Positions 1 through 12,898 of a stretch of 64,000 nt of DNA are shown here, one piece after another. Made by a program: the position numbers and the translations under genes. Below the pieces are notes generated by a model. That model was not told where the DNA came from and made no database searches. It saw nothing but the letters and a program-made list of their open reading frames with translations. The DNA lies in the NCBI GenBank assembly GCA_951406725.2, contig OX597828.1, positions 3,968,001-4,032,000 on the forward strand. The letters run 5' to 3'. The first letter of the stretch is position 1. The number at the start of each line of letters is the position of its first letter. Source of the stretch: Octopus vulgaris. Its lineage: Eukaryota.

Positions 1-61
1 TGACTGATGGGTCTTCCTCAACGTAAGAGCAAAGCATATCGCATATGTATGCTTCTGTTAG

Positions 62-94
<33 letters not shown>

Positions 95-905
95 TAAGAG
101 AAACCTGTGTAATACAGAATCCGTCAAAAACGTAACATCTACATATATACATTTAAATGTTTAGCACAATTTTTTCTGCTGTTTGCTCGTCCCTTAAGCT
201 GTAATTCAATTTTATTGTTCTTTAGCTATAAAACTGGTCTTTTTGCACTGATCGGTATTAATAAATGATTAACTGAAAACACAATTATCGTTATAATCGC
301 AAAATACCTTAATTTTATTTGTAATTATTACGACATATGTTTGTTAGTTAATTTCAAATTGCATTTTTATTGTTGGCTTCTCTAGTGTAAAATCGTTCGC
401 AAAGTAAATAGAGCGGATTTCTGATATTCTGCCATTTCTTGTGGGCGCAACGGTCTCACATATGCATTTACTTACAAGAATGTTTAAATACTGGACATTA
501 AATCATGTGGGAGGATGTTATGTCTTTATTTCAATATATAGCCATATTCTGCATGCAAGTGTTTCTTGGTATTAAGACATTCACATTTCATTATCATATT
601 TAAACACTTTTCATCAATTATACAATTATATATTACATACCTACACACACACACGCACACACACACACACGTATATATGTATGCACACACACAAACACAC
701 AGATACAGACACACACAAACACACAGACACAGACACACACACACATATGTGTGTGTGTGTGGGGGTGCGTGCGTGTGGGGGTGCGTGCGTGTGGGCGTGT
801 GTCTATAAGAGAGAAAGAGAGACAGAAACAGGGAGAGACGGACAGAAAGAGAGAGAGAAACAAGAGGAGACAAACGGAAAGAGAGAGAGAAAGAGAGAGA
901 GAGAG

Positions 906-943
<38 letters not shown>

Positions 944-1202
944 AACAGAGTGAGTTTCGAAAATTTTACTTGTGCAATTAGTATAACGGTTAATTTATTT
1001 AATAAAATTTAAAATTTCAATTTTAATGACAACCTCGTTGAGGAGATCAAAGGCGTTTATGAAAGTTTGATAGCCGGAAACATAATCACGACCATAAATA
1101 TGTGTAATATGTTATGTAATTAGATATGTAGCTTGATATTATAATGATCAGGTAGTAAAGTTATTGCACAAGTGAAATATTCTCTTTATATTTGTATGTT
1201 TG

Positions 1203-1258
<56 letters not shown>

Positions 1259-1433
1259 TGATAGATACATACACACATACACGCACATACATACATTCAT
1301 ACATACATTAGATACATACATACATACATACACACACATATATATAATATTAGGGAGTATAACTCCAAACTTACAGGGAAAAATTCAATTTAGTATTAAA
1401 TCAAATTTCACAGTATAAATATATATAATATAA

Positions 1434-1597
1434 ATTAGAGATAAAACCACTATTATGCAACTCAAACAGTGATAAACATAAACCAAAACATAAATAACAA
1501 ATGATATATGTTTTCATAAAAATATATTATTTGTTATTTATGTTTTGGTTTATGTCTATCAGTGTTTGAGTTGCATAATAGGGATTTTATTTCTAAA
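1434..1597. repeat. Imperfect fold-back palindrome (~80-bp arms) between (TA)n tracts
   Basis: TATTATGCAACTCAAACAGTGATAAACATAAACCAAAACATAAATAACAAAT (from 1451) is the near-exact reverse complement of the sequence ending TTGCATAATA at 1580; centre ~1516. Confidence 0.85.
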
Positions 1598-1601
1598 CTA
1601 C

Positions 1602-1658
<57 letters not shown>

Positions 1659-1884
1659 GAAATATTAAAATAACTAAGTCTCTCTAAAAGAGAACAGCGG
1701 CAGCGTTCCCGGAAAATAATAGTTATCGCCATACTAATATGGCATTCTTATAAAAATAAGAAAAAAGCTGTCCGCTTATTAGCTCCATGAGGCCATCGCC
1801 TTAAGTTAGCTATTTGATACACAAACTGTATCCATATAACCTTCGAACAAGGGAGGTCAGTCGCTCCACACTACTTGACCGGCA

Positions 1885-1926
1885 GCTACAGACGCGTTTC
1901 GGGGTATTGCCCCTTTTCAATGCAGC
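1885..1926 (-). ncRNA. Minimal type-I hammerhead ribozyme (U3-A8 core variant)
   Basis: Minus strand reads GCTGCA-TTGAAAA-GGGG caata CCCC-GAAA-CGCG-TC-TGTAGC: stem I, core, stem II, palindromic stem III, GUC site. Confidence 0.75.
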
Positions 1927-2246
1927 GTAGCCAGCCAGTAGGTGTCGCTTCCGACAATCTCTGTTCGATGGTTTTATTTACCTAGTTTCGGTGGAATACA
2001 TCCACTTGTTTTCAATAATAGAAATATTAAAATAGCTAAGTCTCTCTAAAAGAGAACAGCGGCAGCGTTCCCGGAAAATAATAGTTATCGCCATACTAAT
2101 ATGGCATTCTTATAAAAATAAGAAAAAAGCTGTCCGCTTATTAGCTCCATGAGGTCATCGCCTTAAGTTAGCTATTTGATACACAAACTGTATCCATATA
2201 ACCATCGAACAGAGATTGTCGGAAGCGACACCTACTGGCTGGCTAC

Positions 2247-2288
2247 GCTGCATTGAAAAGGGGCAATACCCCGAAACGCGTCTGTAGC
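2247..2288 (+). ncRNA. Minimal type-I hammerhead ribozyme (inverted copy of 1885-1926)
   Basis: GCTGCA TTGAAAA GGGG CAATA CCCC GAAA CGCG TC TGTAGC; predicted cleavage after C2282. Confidence 0.75.
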
Positions 2289-2604
2289 TGCCGGTCAAGT
2301 AGTGTGGAGCGACTGACCTCCCTTGTTCGAAGGTTATATGGATACAGTTTGCGGTCACAGGAGTGTGACGAAAGAACTCTGGCCGAAATAAGATTAAGAT
2401 TAATGTAAAAAATAAATAACACTGAAGCAAAGTAACACCAAATATATAGTGCGTGTGTTTTTATTGGCTAAACTGGCAAAATGACCATTCCTAAATACAA
2501 CAATATATATATATATATATATACAATTGCAGCGTGGAAGGTGTTTGTAAGCCATTTAAGAAACACACAAAAGTCGTTCGATTCGCTTCGACATTTAAGT
2601 TTAA

Positions 2605-2654
2605 TTTGTCAAAATATTTTCGTCGCTAAAATCAGCGACCTGTTCAATGACAAA
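2605..2654 (-). ncRNA. Hammerhead-like motif with non-canonical core
   Basis: Minus strand TTTGTCA-TTGAACA-G-GTCGCT gatttt AGCGAC-GAAA-ATAT-TT-TGACAAA: 7-bp stem I, 6-bp stem II and palindromic ATAT are intact, but core positions 3/8 (U/C) cannot pair. Confidence 0.5.
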
Positions 2655-2859
2655 AGTCCGTGCTGCACCTGAGAAAGTAACAGTTAGTTCGTCATATAAA
2701 TGTACGTATGTATGTGTGTATGTATGTATACACGCACGTATGTATGTACGCACATACGCCTGTGTGTATGTATGTATGTATGTATGTATATATGTAAGTA
2801 TGTGTGTGTATATGCACGCACATACACACTATAAACTTAAAGTTATAAACCTGTGATGG

Positions 2860-3364
2860 ATAGATGTAGACTGACCACTCATCACTTTTCCATCGAGTGA
2901 AGATGTTTCTCTATAGCAGTGTGGGAGCATTCCATTTTCTCTGCCAGTTCCCTTGTCGTTTGACGATAACTTTCATACAAAAGTTGGTTTAATCACTCTT
3001 CATCGAACTCATATGGACGGTCAGGACGAGGTGCGTCTTTAAGGTCAAAATTTCCATTTTTGAACCTGGCATACCAATCACGAGCGATTCTTTCAGCTAT
3101 TGCACCCTCTCCATGCACAGCACAAATGTCGAGAACCTTCATTAAATGCAAAAAGAAGGAGGTGCCGAAAATGCTCGTTTTTCTTAACTTTTAATGTTAT
3201 AAAAATAAACAAAAATTAACTAAAATTAACTAGAAAAAAAAAACAAAATAGATTCCTAAATGATTCAAAAATAGAATTCTCGCAAAACGTAGATTCCAGA
3301 ATTTAAAAACGCAATAAATTCCAAAATTTAAAAAGATGGCGGGAACTTAGTTGCCAACCCAATA
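2860..3364 (-). mobile_element. Mariner 5' fragment (TIR plus N-terminal HTH of transposase), pseudogenised
   Basis: Minus strand begins TA-TTGGGTTGGCAACTAAGT (mariner-type TIR). Translates to EHFRHLLLFAFNEG...ICAVHGEGAIAERIARDWYARFKNGNFDLKDAPRPDRPYEFDEE*LNQLL...TTRELAEKMECSHTAIEKHLH. Confidence 0.85.
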
Positions 3365-3367
3365 CAT

Positions 3368-3431
<64 letters not shown>

Positions 3432-5530
3432 TAATGCACATGCATATATAAACATGTATTTATAGATACATATATAGATATGTATGCACACACACATATA
3501 TATACGCACTCTCCCAATCCGTATACAGATTCCATGGTTGTTTTAGCTCGTACTACCTTTTTTCACACAATTTTTGCAAACATTATTCACTCCTCGTCGT
3601 ATTGATTATGTGATTCCGACAACTTATTCACGAATGAACTTGAATGCAATCGGGCGACTTACATAGATACACACACTCACTCATCGCGCACGCGTATATA
3701 TTTACACACACGTATACATATATGTTTGTATGTTATATATATTCGATTATGTCAATGCGTATGTATATATGTTTCTGTATATCTATGTGCATATGTAAAT
3801 ATATACGTGTATCTGCATATACATGCATACATATACATATATACGTACATAAGTACATGTAAAACATACATGAATATATACATGTGCCTGTACATATGTG
3901 TGTATCCCTGTGTGTAAACATTTGAATGTTCTGTGTTTTCTTTAAACTGTATTGAAGAAGTAATGGAATTTAAATCTTGTATCTATAGCTTTAGGAAAGA
4001 AAGTAATGTATAGTTTGTTTAGACAGCACGCAATTTGATACATTACATTATATTTCCTAGTATCGTATATATTTCATTATATTTTTTGTACTTAATTTCT
4101 GGTTTGTATAAATTTTGACCCAAAGGCATGATTTTTTCCCGTAATCTGGTTAATCATTTTAAAATCGAGCACATTGTATTATATTTTTTAGCAATAACAT
4201 TAGGTAAGAGATATAATACAGACACCCAGAAGACAGGATTAACTATCAGGATATTAACTCGGCATTCAGATCGATCTATATGCGTATATGTTTTCTTTAT
4301 ATTAACATCTTTATCTTCTCTGGAAATGCACGTATTCGACTGAGATAGATATAAACCGAGTTTGCCGCTCGTATTTTATCTTATACTCTTCTACATTTCT
4401 GGAAAATAAACTTTTATATGTGGATGATGAACGAACGAACGTTGGCTGATATTATATTATTCTAATATTTGATAATAAAATCTTTTTACGGCATTTACTA
4501 CATGTATACAATAATGGAGAAAGCTTTTACCTAATAAATGGTCAGCTCTGTATGGCATTGTAGAGCGCTGTTAACGGAATAAATAAATGTGTTACTGGTA
4601 AAATGTACTTATAACCTGCAATACAGTTCAAAGAAGTTAATTACTTAATGTCCATAATAACATGTATCGTTCCATTGTTATTTAATACAAATAAACAGGA
4701 TAATGAGCGTGGTGAAATGAGGTTAGATCTAATTCATAATTTTGGATTGTGTGAACAAGGAAAACCTAGTAATAAAGGTGACGGCTTTTTCCGTTATTTA
4801 GAAATATATTATGGTGTATAAGACTTGTATCATGTATATAAATATCCCACAATTCATGTAAATTTCAAATATATTTTCTTTTGTTAGTAGGATTTGCTTT
4901 ACTAGAATATGTAATATTAAAATTGTAACACAACTTAGATATATCCTTTATCTAGCAGGTCTGAAACAGCACAATTTATCTCATTATGTTTCCCAAAAGC
5001 TGTAAATAATATCTTATATTCAGGATAAAGTACAATATTCCGAAAACATTCATCATTGAATTACAAGTATGATCGTAAAATAATGGACTGAAACACGCTA
5101 GAACATTGGATGTTACTCTCACAGATAAAAGTCAAAAGGTCCATTAATATTGTCACGATTTATTAAAGTATTGTAAATATTGGTTTATCATCTAATCTCG
5201 CGAATCACGAAATGCAGAGTAAACTGAAATGAGCTTTAAATAGTTAGGCAAATCGCCCAACAACGAAATGTAGTCCTTATAAGACGATAAATCGATCCAG
5301 ATCCTTTGATATTCTTTAGCAATATCTAAACCGCAGTCATCTGCGTTAACTTATTTTACATCAAATTTTGTATCAAATACATGCTTCAAGTCAAGGTTCG
5401 GAGTGTGTAATAAGATCAGTATTCGGTTGCTCTTTCTGCGAGGTTGCCCTTACACACACGTGTATGTATGAGTTTGTGTATGTATGAGTTCGTAGGTACA
5501 CACTCACACATATATATATATATATATATA

Positions 5531-5625
<95 letters not shown>

Positions 5626-5678
5626 ATAATATATATATATATATATATACATGCATATATATATATATATGTATGTAT

Positions 5679-5795
<117 letters not shown>

Positions 5796-5825
5796 TATAT
5801 ATGCACGTAATGAATGTATACATGC

Positions 5826-5857
<32 letters not shown>

Positions 5858-6241
5858 GTATGTATACATACATATATAAATAAGAGGAATATCCACCAAG
5901 GTGGATTCCAAATATGGTAGAAAACGCCAAATCTGCTGCGGGGACGAGCACACACACTATTACACATGTGCTACTATCTCCACGCATCGGTGTGCACATA
6001 AAATACACATGCATACATTACTACTCACAAAGTCATACTTACATAGATATACATACGTACATGGAAAACTGCTTCGTAACTTCCAGCTTCTATATCCAGA
6101 TTAAGATTTTACATCCATACCGATAAGAAACTATGCACTTGCTTTTGTGAGTAAATATCTTAGTGACAATCTGGATAAGTTAGTGTTTTCAGAACAAAGC
6201 AACCACATAACTGACACGCTACAAATACAATCCACAAGTAA

Positions 6242-6336
<95 letters not shown>

Positions 6337-6374
6337 TGTATGTATATATATATAAAATAAAGGCTATTTGCTAT

Positions 6375-6635
6375 TTTCGAAAACAGGGACACAGGTAGTG
6401 TGTCGTATAGCCAGCTAGAAACGATGTTTCTTAGGGCTAACACAACAGTAACATCATCCCTTTCGAGATAACCAACTTATGTTGGCAAATAGCCTTTACT
6501 TTAAAGAACTGTTACAGAATGTCTCTCTTCCAGAGATTTAGAAATAATAATATTTCAATTTTCGATCACTGGATGTGCGTCACTCTGAAAACTATATGTT
6601 CGAACGGTGAATCCTGCAACGCCATCTGGCTAAAG
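6375..6635 (+). repeat. Copy of unclassified multi-hairpin repeat family (also at 45.5-47.4 kb)
   Basis: GTGTCGTATAGCCAGCTAGAAACGATGTTTCTT...TATGTTGGCAAATAGCCTTTACTTTAAAGAAC aligns with 46935-47045. Confidence 0.8.
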
Positions 6636-7950
6636 CTACTACTACTACTATGGCAATCCCTCAAGGTCGAGGATGATGGTCTTCGCGCAAATTTATTGGT
6701 GAGTCCGCAGGTGACTGATAAGACCAATTCTTGCTCGAAAAGATCGGTCACAGTGCGGACATCTAGTGCCGGAAGGGAGAGTCGCACGTGGTTGTTGTTG
6801 GTGCTCCTTCCGTCGTCGTCTTTTCTCCTCCAGCTCTGCAGACCTTTTCGACTCGAAATTCGCCGTTCCCTCATGGATGGTGGTTTTCCAGAGTGGTCTG
6901 TTTTTTGCCGTTTCCTCCCAGTTGATGAAGTCAATGTCACACTTTTTGAGGTTCGATTTCAGGGAGTCCTTGTAGCGTTTCTTCTGGCCTTCTTTTGTAC
7001 GCTTGCCGTCTTTGAGTTGGGAGTAGAAGATCTGTTTGGGAAGTCGTTCGTCAGTCATTCTAACCATGTGGCCGTTCCATCCTAGTTGGCCTTTGATGAC
7101 ATATGCTTCGATGCTGGTCATTTTTGCTTCTTGTAGCACGCTGACGTTAGTTCTTCTGTCTTCCCAGCTGATGTTGAGGATCTTCCGAAGACAGCGTTAG
7201 TGAAATTTCTCGAGCGTTTTCAGGTGGTGACTATACGGGGTTCAGGTTTCGGATGCGTAAAGGGGGGTTGGAATAATGACTGCCCTGTACACCATGAGTT
7301 TGGTTTCGGTTCGGATGTCCCGATCAGCAAAAACTCTTGTTCGAAGCTTGCCGAAAGCTGTTCCTGCACACTTCAGACGTTGTTGGATTTCATCGTTGAG
7401 GTCTACCTTTGCTGACAGATGGCTCCCAAGGTAGCAGAAGTGGTTCACATTTTCCAGTGGATTTCCTTCGAGTTGAATCGATGGCGGGTTGTAAACACGG
7501 GCATTGGGGGGAAGTTGGTAGAGTAAGTGAGTCTTCTTGATGTTGATGCTCAGTCCAAGTTTAGTATATGCATGATGAAAAGCATTTAGGATCTGTTGGA
7601 GGTGATCCTCTCTGTGAGCTGCTACACTATTGTCGTCGGCATATTGGAACTCTAGCAAGCTTCGCACCATTGTCTTTGACGTACTTTTGAGGCGAGCGAG
7701 GTTGAAAAGCTTGCCGTCCATTCTGTACGAGATCCCGATGCCAGGTGGAAATCATCTCGTATGATGTGCAACCCTGTCGCGATAAAGATGGTAAAGAGAG
7801 TTGGTGCTATCACGCAGCCTTGCTTCACTCCGGAGGTGACCTTAAATGGCTCAGAACTGCCTCCGTCGGTCTGGACTCTGGCGTGCATATTGTCGTGGAG
7901 GAGTTTGAGGATCCGGATGAACTTATCTGGGCATCCATACTGGGCGAGAA
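6636..7950 (-). mobile_element. RTE-clade LINE, 5'-truncated, frameshifted RT/C-terminal ORF, (TAG)n tail
   Basis: GCPDKFI, GVKQGCVIAPTLF, EFQYADD, FCYLGS, RLPKQIFYSQL...GQKKRYKDSLK and terminal CPHCDRSFRARIGLISHLRTH; split over ORFs 7652-8092, 7242-7721 and 6693-7139; short tandem tail at 6636-6650. Confidence 0.95.
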
Positions 7951-8910
7951 TATAGAAAAAACATATACGCTTAACACATAAGGATATACAGTCGTATATA
8001 TTATATATAAATACACACATACATAACACACATACATATATACACGAAAAAACGTACATATACTCACACATACACATACAGAGAATACACACTCTTTAGC
8101 CTATCACGCTTTAGCCTTGTGTAAAACATATATACATATGTTTTTGTCATTTTTCAATATTAACATGTATATGTATAACTCTCTATGGTTTTTTCTACTA
8201 GTCTACATGTTGCGTTATATTCTACTTTACACACGTGACCCTGTTTATCATACATTGTCTCGACCTGTTACCATTTTTAAAACACACCCGTTAGCATTTC
8301 ATTCTCATTTTTATGTTATAGTTTACCGCACATATAGACGTGCATACACATTAATATGTCTGTCTTTTTTCCCTTTCATCTCTCTTACTATTATTATTAC
8401 TGTTATTTTCCCCTTTTAAAACTTGTTTGCAAATATCCGAGTGTTCCCTAATACCCCACTTGTATTCTCCCTTATTTTATCTTATATAAATTTACTTAAT
8501 ATATTATTAAAAATTTTTGATGTCCTTGAAAAAATTCTTCGCACTGATGAAAATGACAATGCATAAATTTAATTATAACTACTATGGTTATAATTTTGTC
8601 TTACATATTTGTATCGTGCTTTGAAAGGGGCGTATGTATTGAATCCTATTTTGTATTAAATCTAATTTTGATTCAACATCTTTTTCTCCTCCATTTTTGA
8701 ATAATAATTGTTTATGGTATTTTTATACCTATAACGATATTTTTCACCTACTATTTTCATATTCTTATTAACTGCCCTGGGTTTTTTTATATGAATATGA
8801 TGAATCTTTACTAGAAAACATTCTTTCTCTCTTTATGGACTCCTCAAAAAGTTTGCATCGTTCTCATTTGAAATTATTATGCCCATGTATATATATATAT
8901 ATATATATAT

Positions 8911-9326
8911 TACTCTTACTCTTTACTCTTTTACTTGTTTCAGCCATTTGACTGCGGCCATGCTGGAGCACCGCCTTTAGTCGAGCAAATCGACCCCGAG
9001 ACTTATTCTTTGTAAGCCCAGTACTTATTTTATCGGTCTCTTTTGCCGAACCGCTAAGTGACGGGGACATAAACACACCAGCATCGGTTGTCAAGCAATG
9101 CTAGGGGGACAAACACAGACACACAAACATATACACACACACTTATATATATATATACATATATACGACAGGCTTCTTTCACTTTCCGTCTACCAAATCC
9201 ACTCACAAGGCATTGGTCGGCCCGGGGCTATAGCAGAAGACACTTGCCCAAGATGCCACGCAGTGGGACTGAACCCGGAACGATGTGGTTGGTTAGCAAG
9301 CTACTAACCACACAGCCACTCCTGCG

Positions 9327-9329
<3 letters not shown>
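8911..9329 (-). mobile_element. tRNA-derived SINE, family A, with internal microsatellite
   Basis: Minus-strand head AGGCGCAGGAGTGGCTGTGTGG (A box)...GGTTCAGTCCC (B box), CORE-like TTGGGCAAGTGTCTT, AAGAGTA-repeat tail; multiple similar copies in the window. Confidence 0.9.
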
Positions 9330-9364
<35 letters not shown>

Positions 9365-9653
9365 AGTAGTTGAATGAATTATCTTATTAAGGATAATTCG
9401 AATTAACCGATACCTGGATAGCAAATTCACATCAGAAAAAACACGGTTGAAGTTACGTGCCTAGGGCATACATTACGTGCTTTCGTGTGGAAATTTGTAT
9501 GTTTCTTTTAAAAATATAAATATATGAAAGAATGGAGTTGAACGACGAATTAACAAAATTCCTTTATTTTCGACATACCAATTCTACAACACAATGACAA
9601 ACAAATTCTACAACACAGAAATACTCCCTTTAATGTAAATGTTAACACTCTGA

Positions 9654-10655
9654 GCCATTCTAAGTAAAAATAAAAACTATATCTGGTTTGTCATTCCTTT
9701 CGGGAAACAAATCAGGTCTAACCTCCCTTTACAGTTCCGTGAAGCCGTAGCTAGGAGCTTTCCCAGGAATTCTAGGTATTACTCTACTATCAATTCGCAT
9801 AAGGTGAGGATTGCATTCTCCAACACTAGAAATCTATCGCAGATAATTGCCTCCCATAATAATAAGCTGCTAAATAAGGACTCATCACCCAGGAGTAGTG
9901 ACACTGCCCTTACCAATTCCAACCTAACATACAATAATAATAATAATAGAAATAGTATTGATATTAGCAACATTCGTAGCAGCATTGGCGTTAACAATAG
10001 TACTAATGATAATAACATTAGCCGGATTATTAACAGTGGTGGTGTTAGTGGTAATAGTAACAGCATTTCTAATAACAGTTGTATTATTGATGTTAACAAT
10101 CACAGCATTCCTATAGTCAGAGAAATTGCCGACGATATTACAATTAATAGTAATGATAATAAGATGAATAGTATCGTGGCCAATGCTAGCAACAATATTT
10201 ACACCTATCATAACAATAAAAACTCTGTCTTAGTATCGGAAGTTAACCCCAACAGATTAAAGTTCTTATCCAAAAATTCCAAAATTAGAAACACCATTTA
10301 CCAGTGCAACATTTCTTCTGGAACCGATGTCTTCTTCTACATTGGAGCAACTTCTTCTAAATTAGCTCAAAGGATCTCCAATCATTATTCAACTTTCCGA
10401 GATAAGAGAAAACAACACAGCACGGGACTAAGTAAACTAGTTTGGCGTCTGAATGACAGCAATACAACTTTCAAGCTGGAATGGTCCATATTGTCGGTGT
10501 CCTTTCCGTTTGATAAGGGCAGAAAACTTTGTGGCATCTGTAATTCCGAACTTTTTCATATTTTGTTCGCCAAAATCCCTTTAATAAATACAATCGTCGA
10601 GAGGTCCTACAGGCGCATGCACTGGCAAAAACACACCTTTCACTCATATGAATAA
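9654..10655 (+). CDS. PLE polyprotein C-terminal part: post-RT linker, Asn-rich insert, GIY-YIG endonuclease (probably Hydra-clade type; 5'-truncated)
   Basis: Frame is open from 9654: YIWFVIPFGKQIRSNL...KVRIAFSNTRNLSQIIASHNNKLL, then TIYQC...FFYIGAT...RISNH...TGLSKLVWRL...LEWSIL...CGICNSE. Confidence 0.85.
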   Translation, partial: AILSKNKNYIWFVIPFGKQIRSNLPLQFREAVARSFPRNSRYYSTINSHKVRIAFSNTRNLSQIIASHNNKLLNKDSSPRSSDTALTNSNLTYNNNNNRNSIDISNIRSSIGVNNSTNDNNISRIINSGGVSGNSNSISNNSCIIDVNNHSIPIVREIADDITINSNDNKMNSIVANASNNIYTYHNNKNSVLVSEVNPNRLKFLSKNSKIRNTIYQCNISSGTDVFFYIGATSSKLAQRISNHYSTFRDKRKQHSTGLSKLVWRLNDSNTTFKLEWSILSVSFPFDKGRKLCGICNSELFHILFAKIPLINTIVERSYRRMHWQKHTFHSYE

Positions 10656-11139
10656 TGATTAATATAGATAACCCCTTGAATTTTAATTAATATAAATTTT
10701 TTTTTATATATGTCACCCCCATAGTCATAAATTTTTTTTTTATACTTTCAAAGAACTACTACCCAATCCAGTGAGGTATGTGTTGCCTTAGTCCCCCTAC
10801 CTCGCCCTCCTCTTTCTCTCTTTTTCTCTCTCTATTTCCCTATTTCTATAGTAAGCACAATCTAACACACAGACACAAACCTCTCACCTCACCACTATCT
10901 GTTTTCTGACATCTACCCATCCACATACACAATCACGCACACACATACACAAACACACACATTAATGCAGTTATATACAGTCACACACACAGGCACACAT
11001 TCACAAAAGAAATTAACAAAATCCACCATTCATATGACCTGCACCCTTTCACCTTCCTATTCTTATGCCTCTCTCCTCCAACTTCGTTTGAACCCTTGAA
11101 CCTTTAGAACTTTCTAGAATCTTCTACATCCAACCATTT

Positions 11140-11158
11140 TGACGTCACTCCTTATAAA
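11140..11158 (+). promoter_or_regulatory. CRE palindrome plus TATA-like box in PLE 3' region
   Basis: TGACGTCA at 11140-11147 and TATAAA at 11153-11158. TGACGTCA also lies at a similar position in the related element (17300-17307). Function is inferred only. Confidence 0.35.
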
Positions 11159-11248
11159 GGAATATTTTAAAGAGACACTCATTATCGCTATGGGCTCCGT
11201 GTGAGCAATCATCTATAAATTTTTTGTGCATTTTGATGTTGACATAAG

Positions 11249-11347
11249 TTCCTTGATTTTCCTGATGAGAAAGCGGCATAATGTACCCCTTATTCCTTCG
11301 CAATTAGGAGTATGCAGCCTTGGAAACATATGTCGAAAATAAAGGAA
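11249..11347 (+). ncRNA. Type-I hammerhead ribozyme with extended stem II
   Basis: Stem I TTCCTTGATTTTC/GAAAATAAAGGAA (12 of 13 paired), CTGATGA at 11262, partly decayed long stem II (GCATA/TATGC), GAAA-CATATG-TC; cleavage after C11334. Confidence 0.8.
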
Positions 11348-11383
11348 TTTTGTTAATTCGTCGTTCAGCTCCATTCTTTCATA

Positions 11384-11418
<35 letters not shown>

Positions 11419-11467
11419 TATGCGTATATCATATATATACATATATCTATACTATAGATATATATGA

Positions 11468-11512
<45 letters not shown>

Positions 11513-11708
11513 GGCGAAACTGATTCTAAGATTAACAGAGTTAAATAAGGTTTTATTTACATAGCAGAGTAAATTTATTAATTCTATTATCTAGTACATA
11601 CTTCGCCTTTAACTGTACTTATTCATGAATAATATATGGCCTGTCCTAGAAGATTTCCTGCGATTAATAATGAATGAAACAGTTTTAGTCGCATTTTGAA
11701 GCTTTCTA

Positions 11709-11781
<73 letters not shown>

Positions 11782-11784
11782 GTA

Positions 11785-11935
11785 TAAACGTCGGGCGTCT
11801 CTCTGTTCCGTCTATCAAGCAGGCTTTGGTCGGCCTGACGATATAATACAACACATTGACCCAAACTTCCACGCAGTGGAACTGTCTCTGCAGCTACTTG
11901 GTTGGGAAATAACGCAGCTTTGCCTCTAAGCCTAC
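11785..11935 (-). mobile_element. Degenerate SINE family A head fragment
   Basis: TTCCGTCTATCAA, GGCTTTGGTCGGCC and CCACGCAGTGGAACTG match family A. Confidence 0.6.
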
Positions 11936-11955
11936 ACGTTATATATGTATATTAT

Positions 11956-11997
<42 letters not shown>

Positions 11998-12156
11998 TTC
12001 GTTATTATATGAATTCGTGTGTTGAAGCATATTCTTTATATGAATTCGTGTGTTGAAGCATATTATTTTGTGTCTGGGGAGAGTCGTTTTCTTTTTGTGC
12101 CTTATAATGTAACACACTCACCGGTAAAATTAAATTATTACTATTAAATTATTATA

Positions 12157-12362
<206 letters not shown>

Positions 12363-12382
12363 ACTATATTATTATTATTATT

Positions 12383-12715
12383 GAGTGAGAGAGCCGTGCA
12401 TGCCATCAAAGTGACACTGGGGTAAAATATACGAAGCCCAGTATACCCATCATAACTACCCGTCTGATAAGGGTACATTAGGCACATGCATCACAACCAT
12501 ATGTGCGCGACATGGTGATTTCATATCAAGACAAACAGCACATGACCTTGCAGGTGGGGCCCAGTTCAGAATTTTCTTCTGGTAACCCATCCCGCTCAAA
12601 AGGTCCCTGAATAAGGGTTGTTTAAGGATGTTGAATGGAACACCAATGTTTCCAGAGGTGAATTATTCAAACCCCAAAGAATCCCTCTCAACACATGGCT
12701 CTGATGCTCACCCAC

Positions 12716-12716
<1 letters not shown>
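12383..12716 (-). mobile_element. Family C non-coding retroposon, 5'-truncated, inside (AAT)n
   Basis: Reverse complement of ~62940-63274; both flanks are (ATT)n. Confidence 0.8.
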
Positions 12717-12758
<42 letters not shown>

Positions 12759-12832
12759 GATTGTTATTATTATTATTGTTGTTGTTGTTGTTGTTGTTAT
12801 CATTATTACTATTATTATTATTATTATTAATA

Positions 12833-12890
<58 letters not shown>

Positions 12891-12898
12891 GATATCCT

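Larger units (their letters stand above)
1653..2351. mobile_element. ORF-less PLE pseudo-LTR/retrozyme-like repeat: 362-bp direct repeat followed by an inverted copy
   Basis: AATAGAAATATTAAAA recurs at 1655 and 2017. The second copy switches at AACC(A/T)TCGAACA (~2190-2201) to the reverse complement of ~1822-1973. It contains HHR motifs and starts in (TA)n. Confidence 0.8.
9514..11392 (+). mobile_element. Penelope-like element, 5'-truncated, with inverted terminal segment and 3' HHR
   Basis: 9514-9577 is the reverse complement of 11329-11392; encloses a GIY-YIG ORF and an HHR; ends in (TA)n. Confidence 0.9.

Noticed and set aside
1035-1091. TCGT-TGAGGA...GAAACATAATC-ACGA hammerhead-like
   Set aside because: Core lacks C3, stem II is not adjacent to GAAA and stem III is not palindromic; at best a decayed relic.
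6519-7085. 188-aa plus-strand ORF
   Set aside because: Antisense shadow of the RTE ORF.
8544-8630. CTGATGA in an AT-rich stretch
   Set aside because: No properly placed stem II, GAAA or NUH.
9651-9653. In-frame TGA upstream of the PLE ORF as possible selenocysteine
   Set aside because: A TAA lies 15 nt further upstream in the same frame and no SECIS is evident; more likely a frameshift or truncation.
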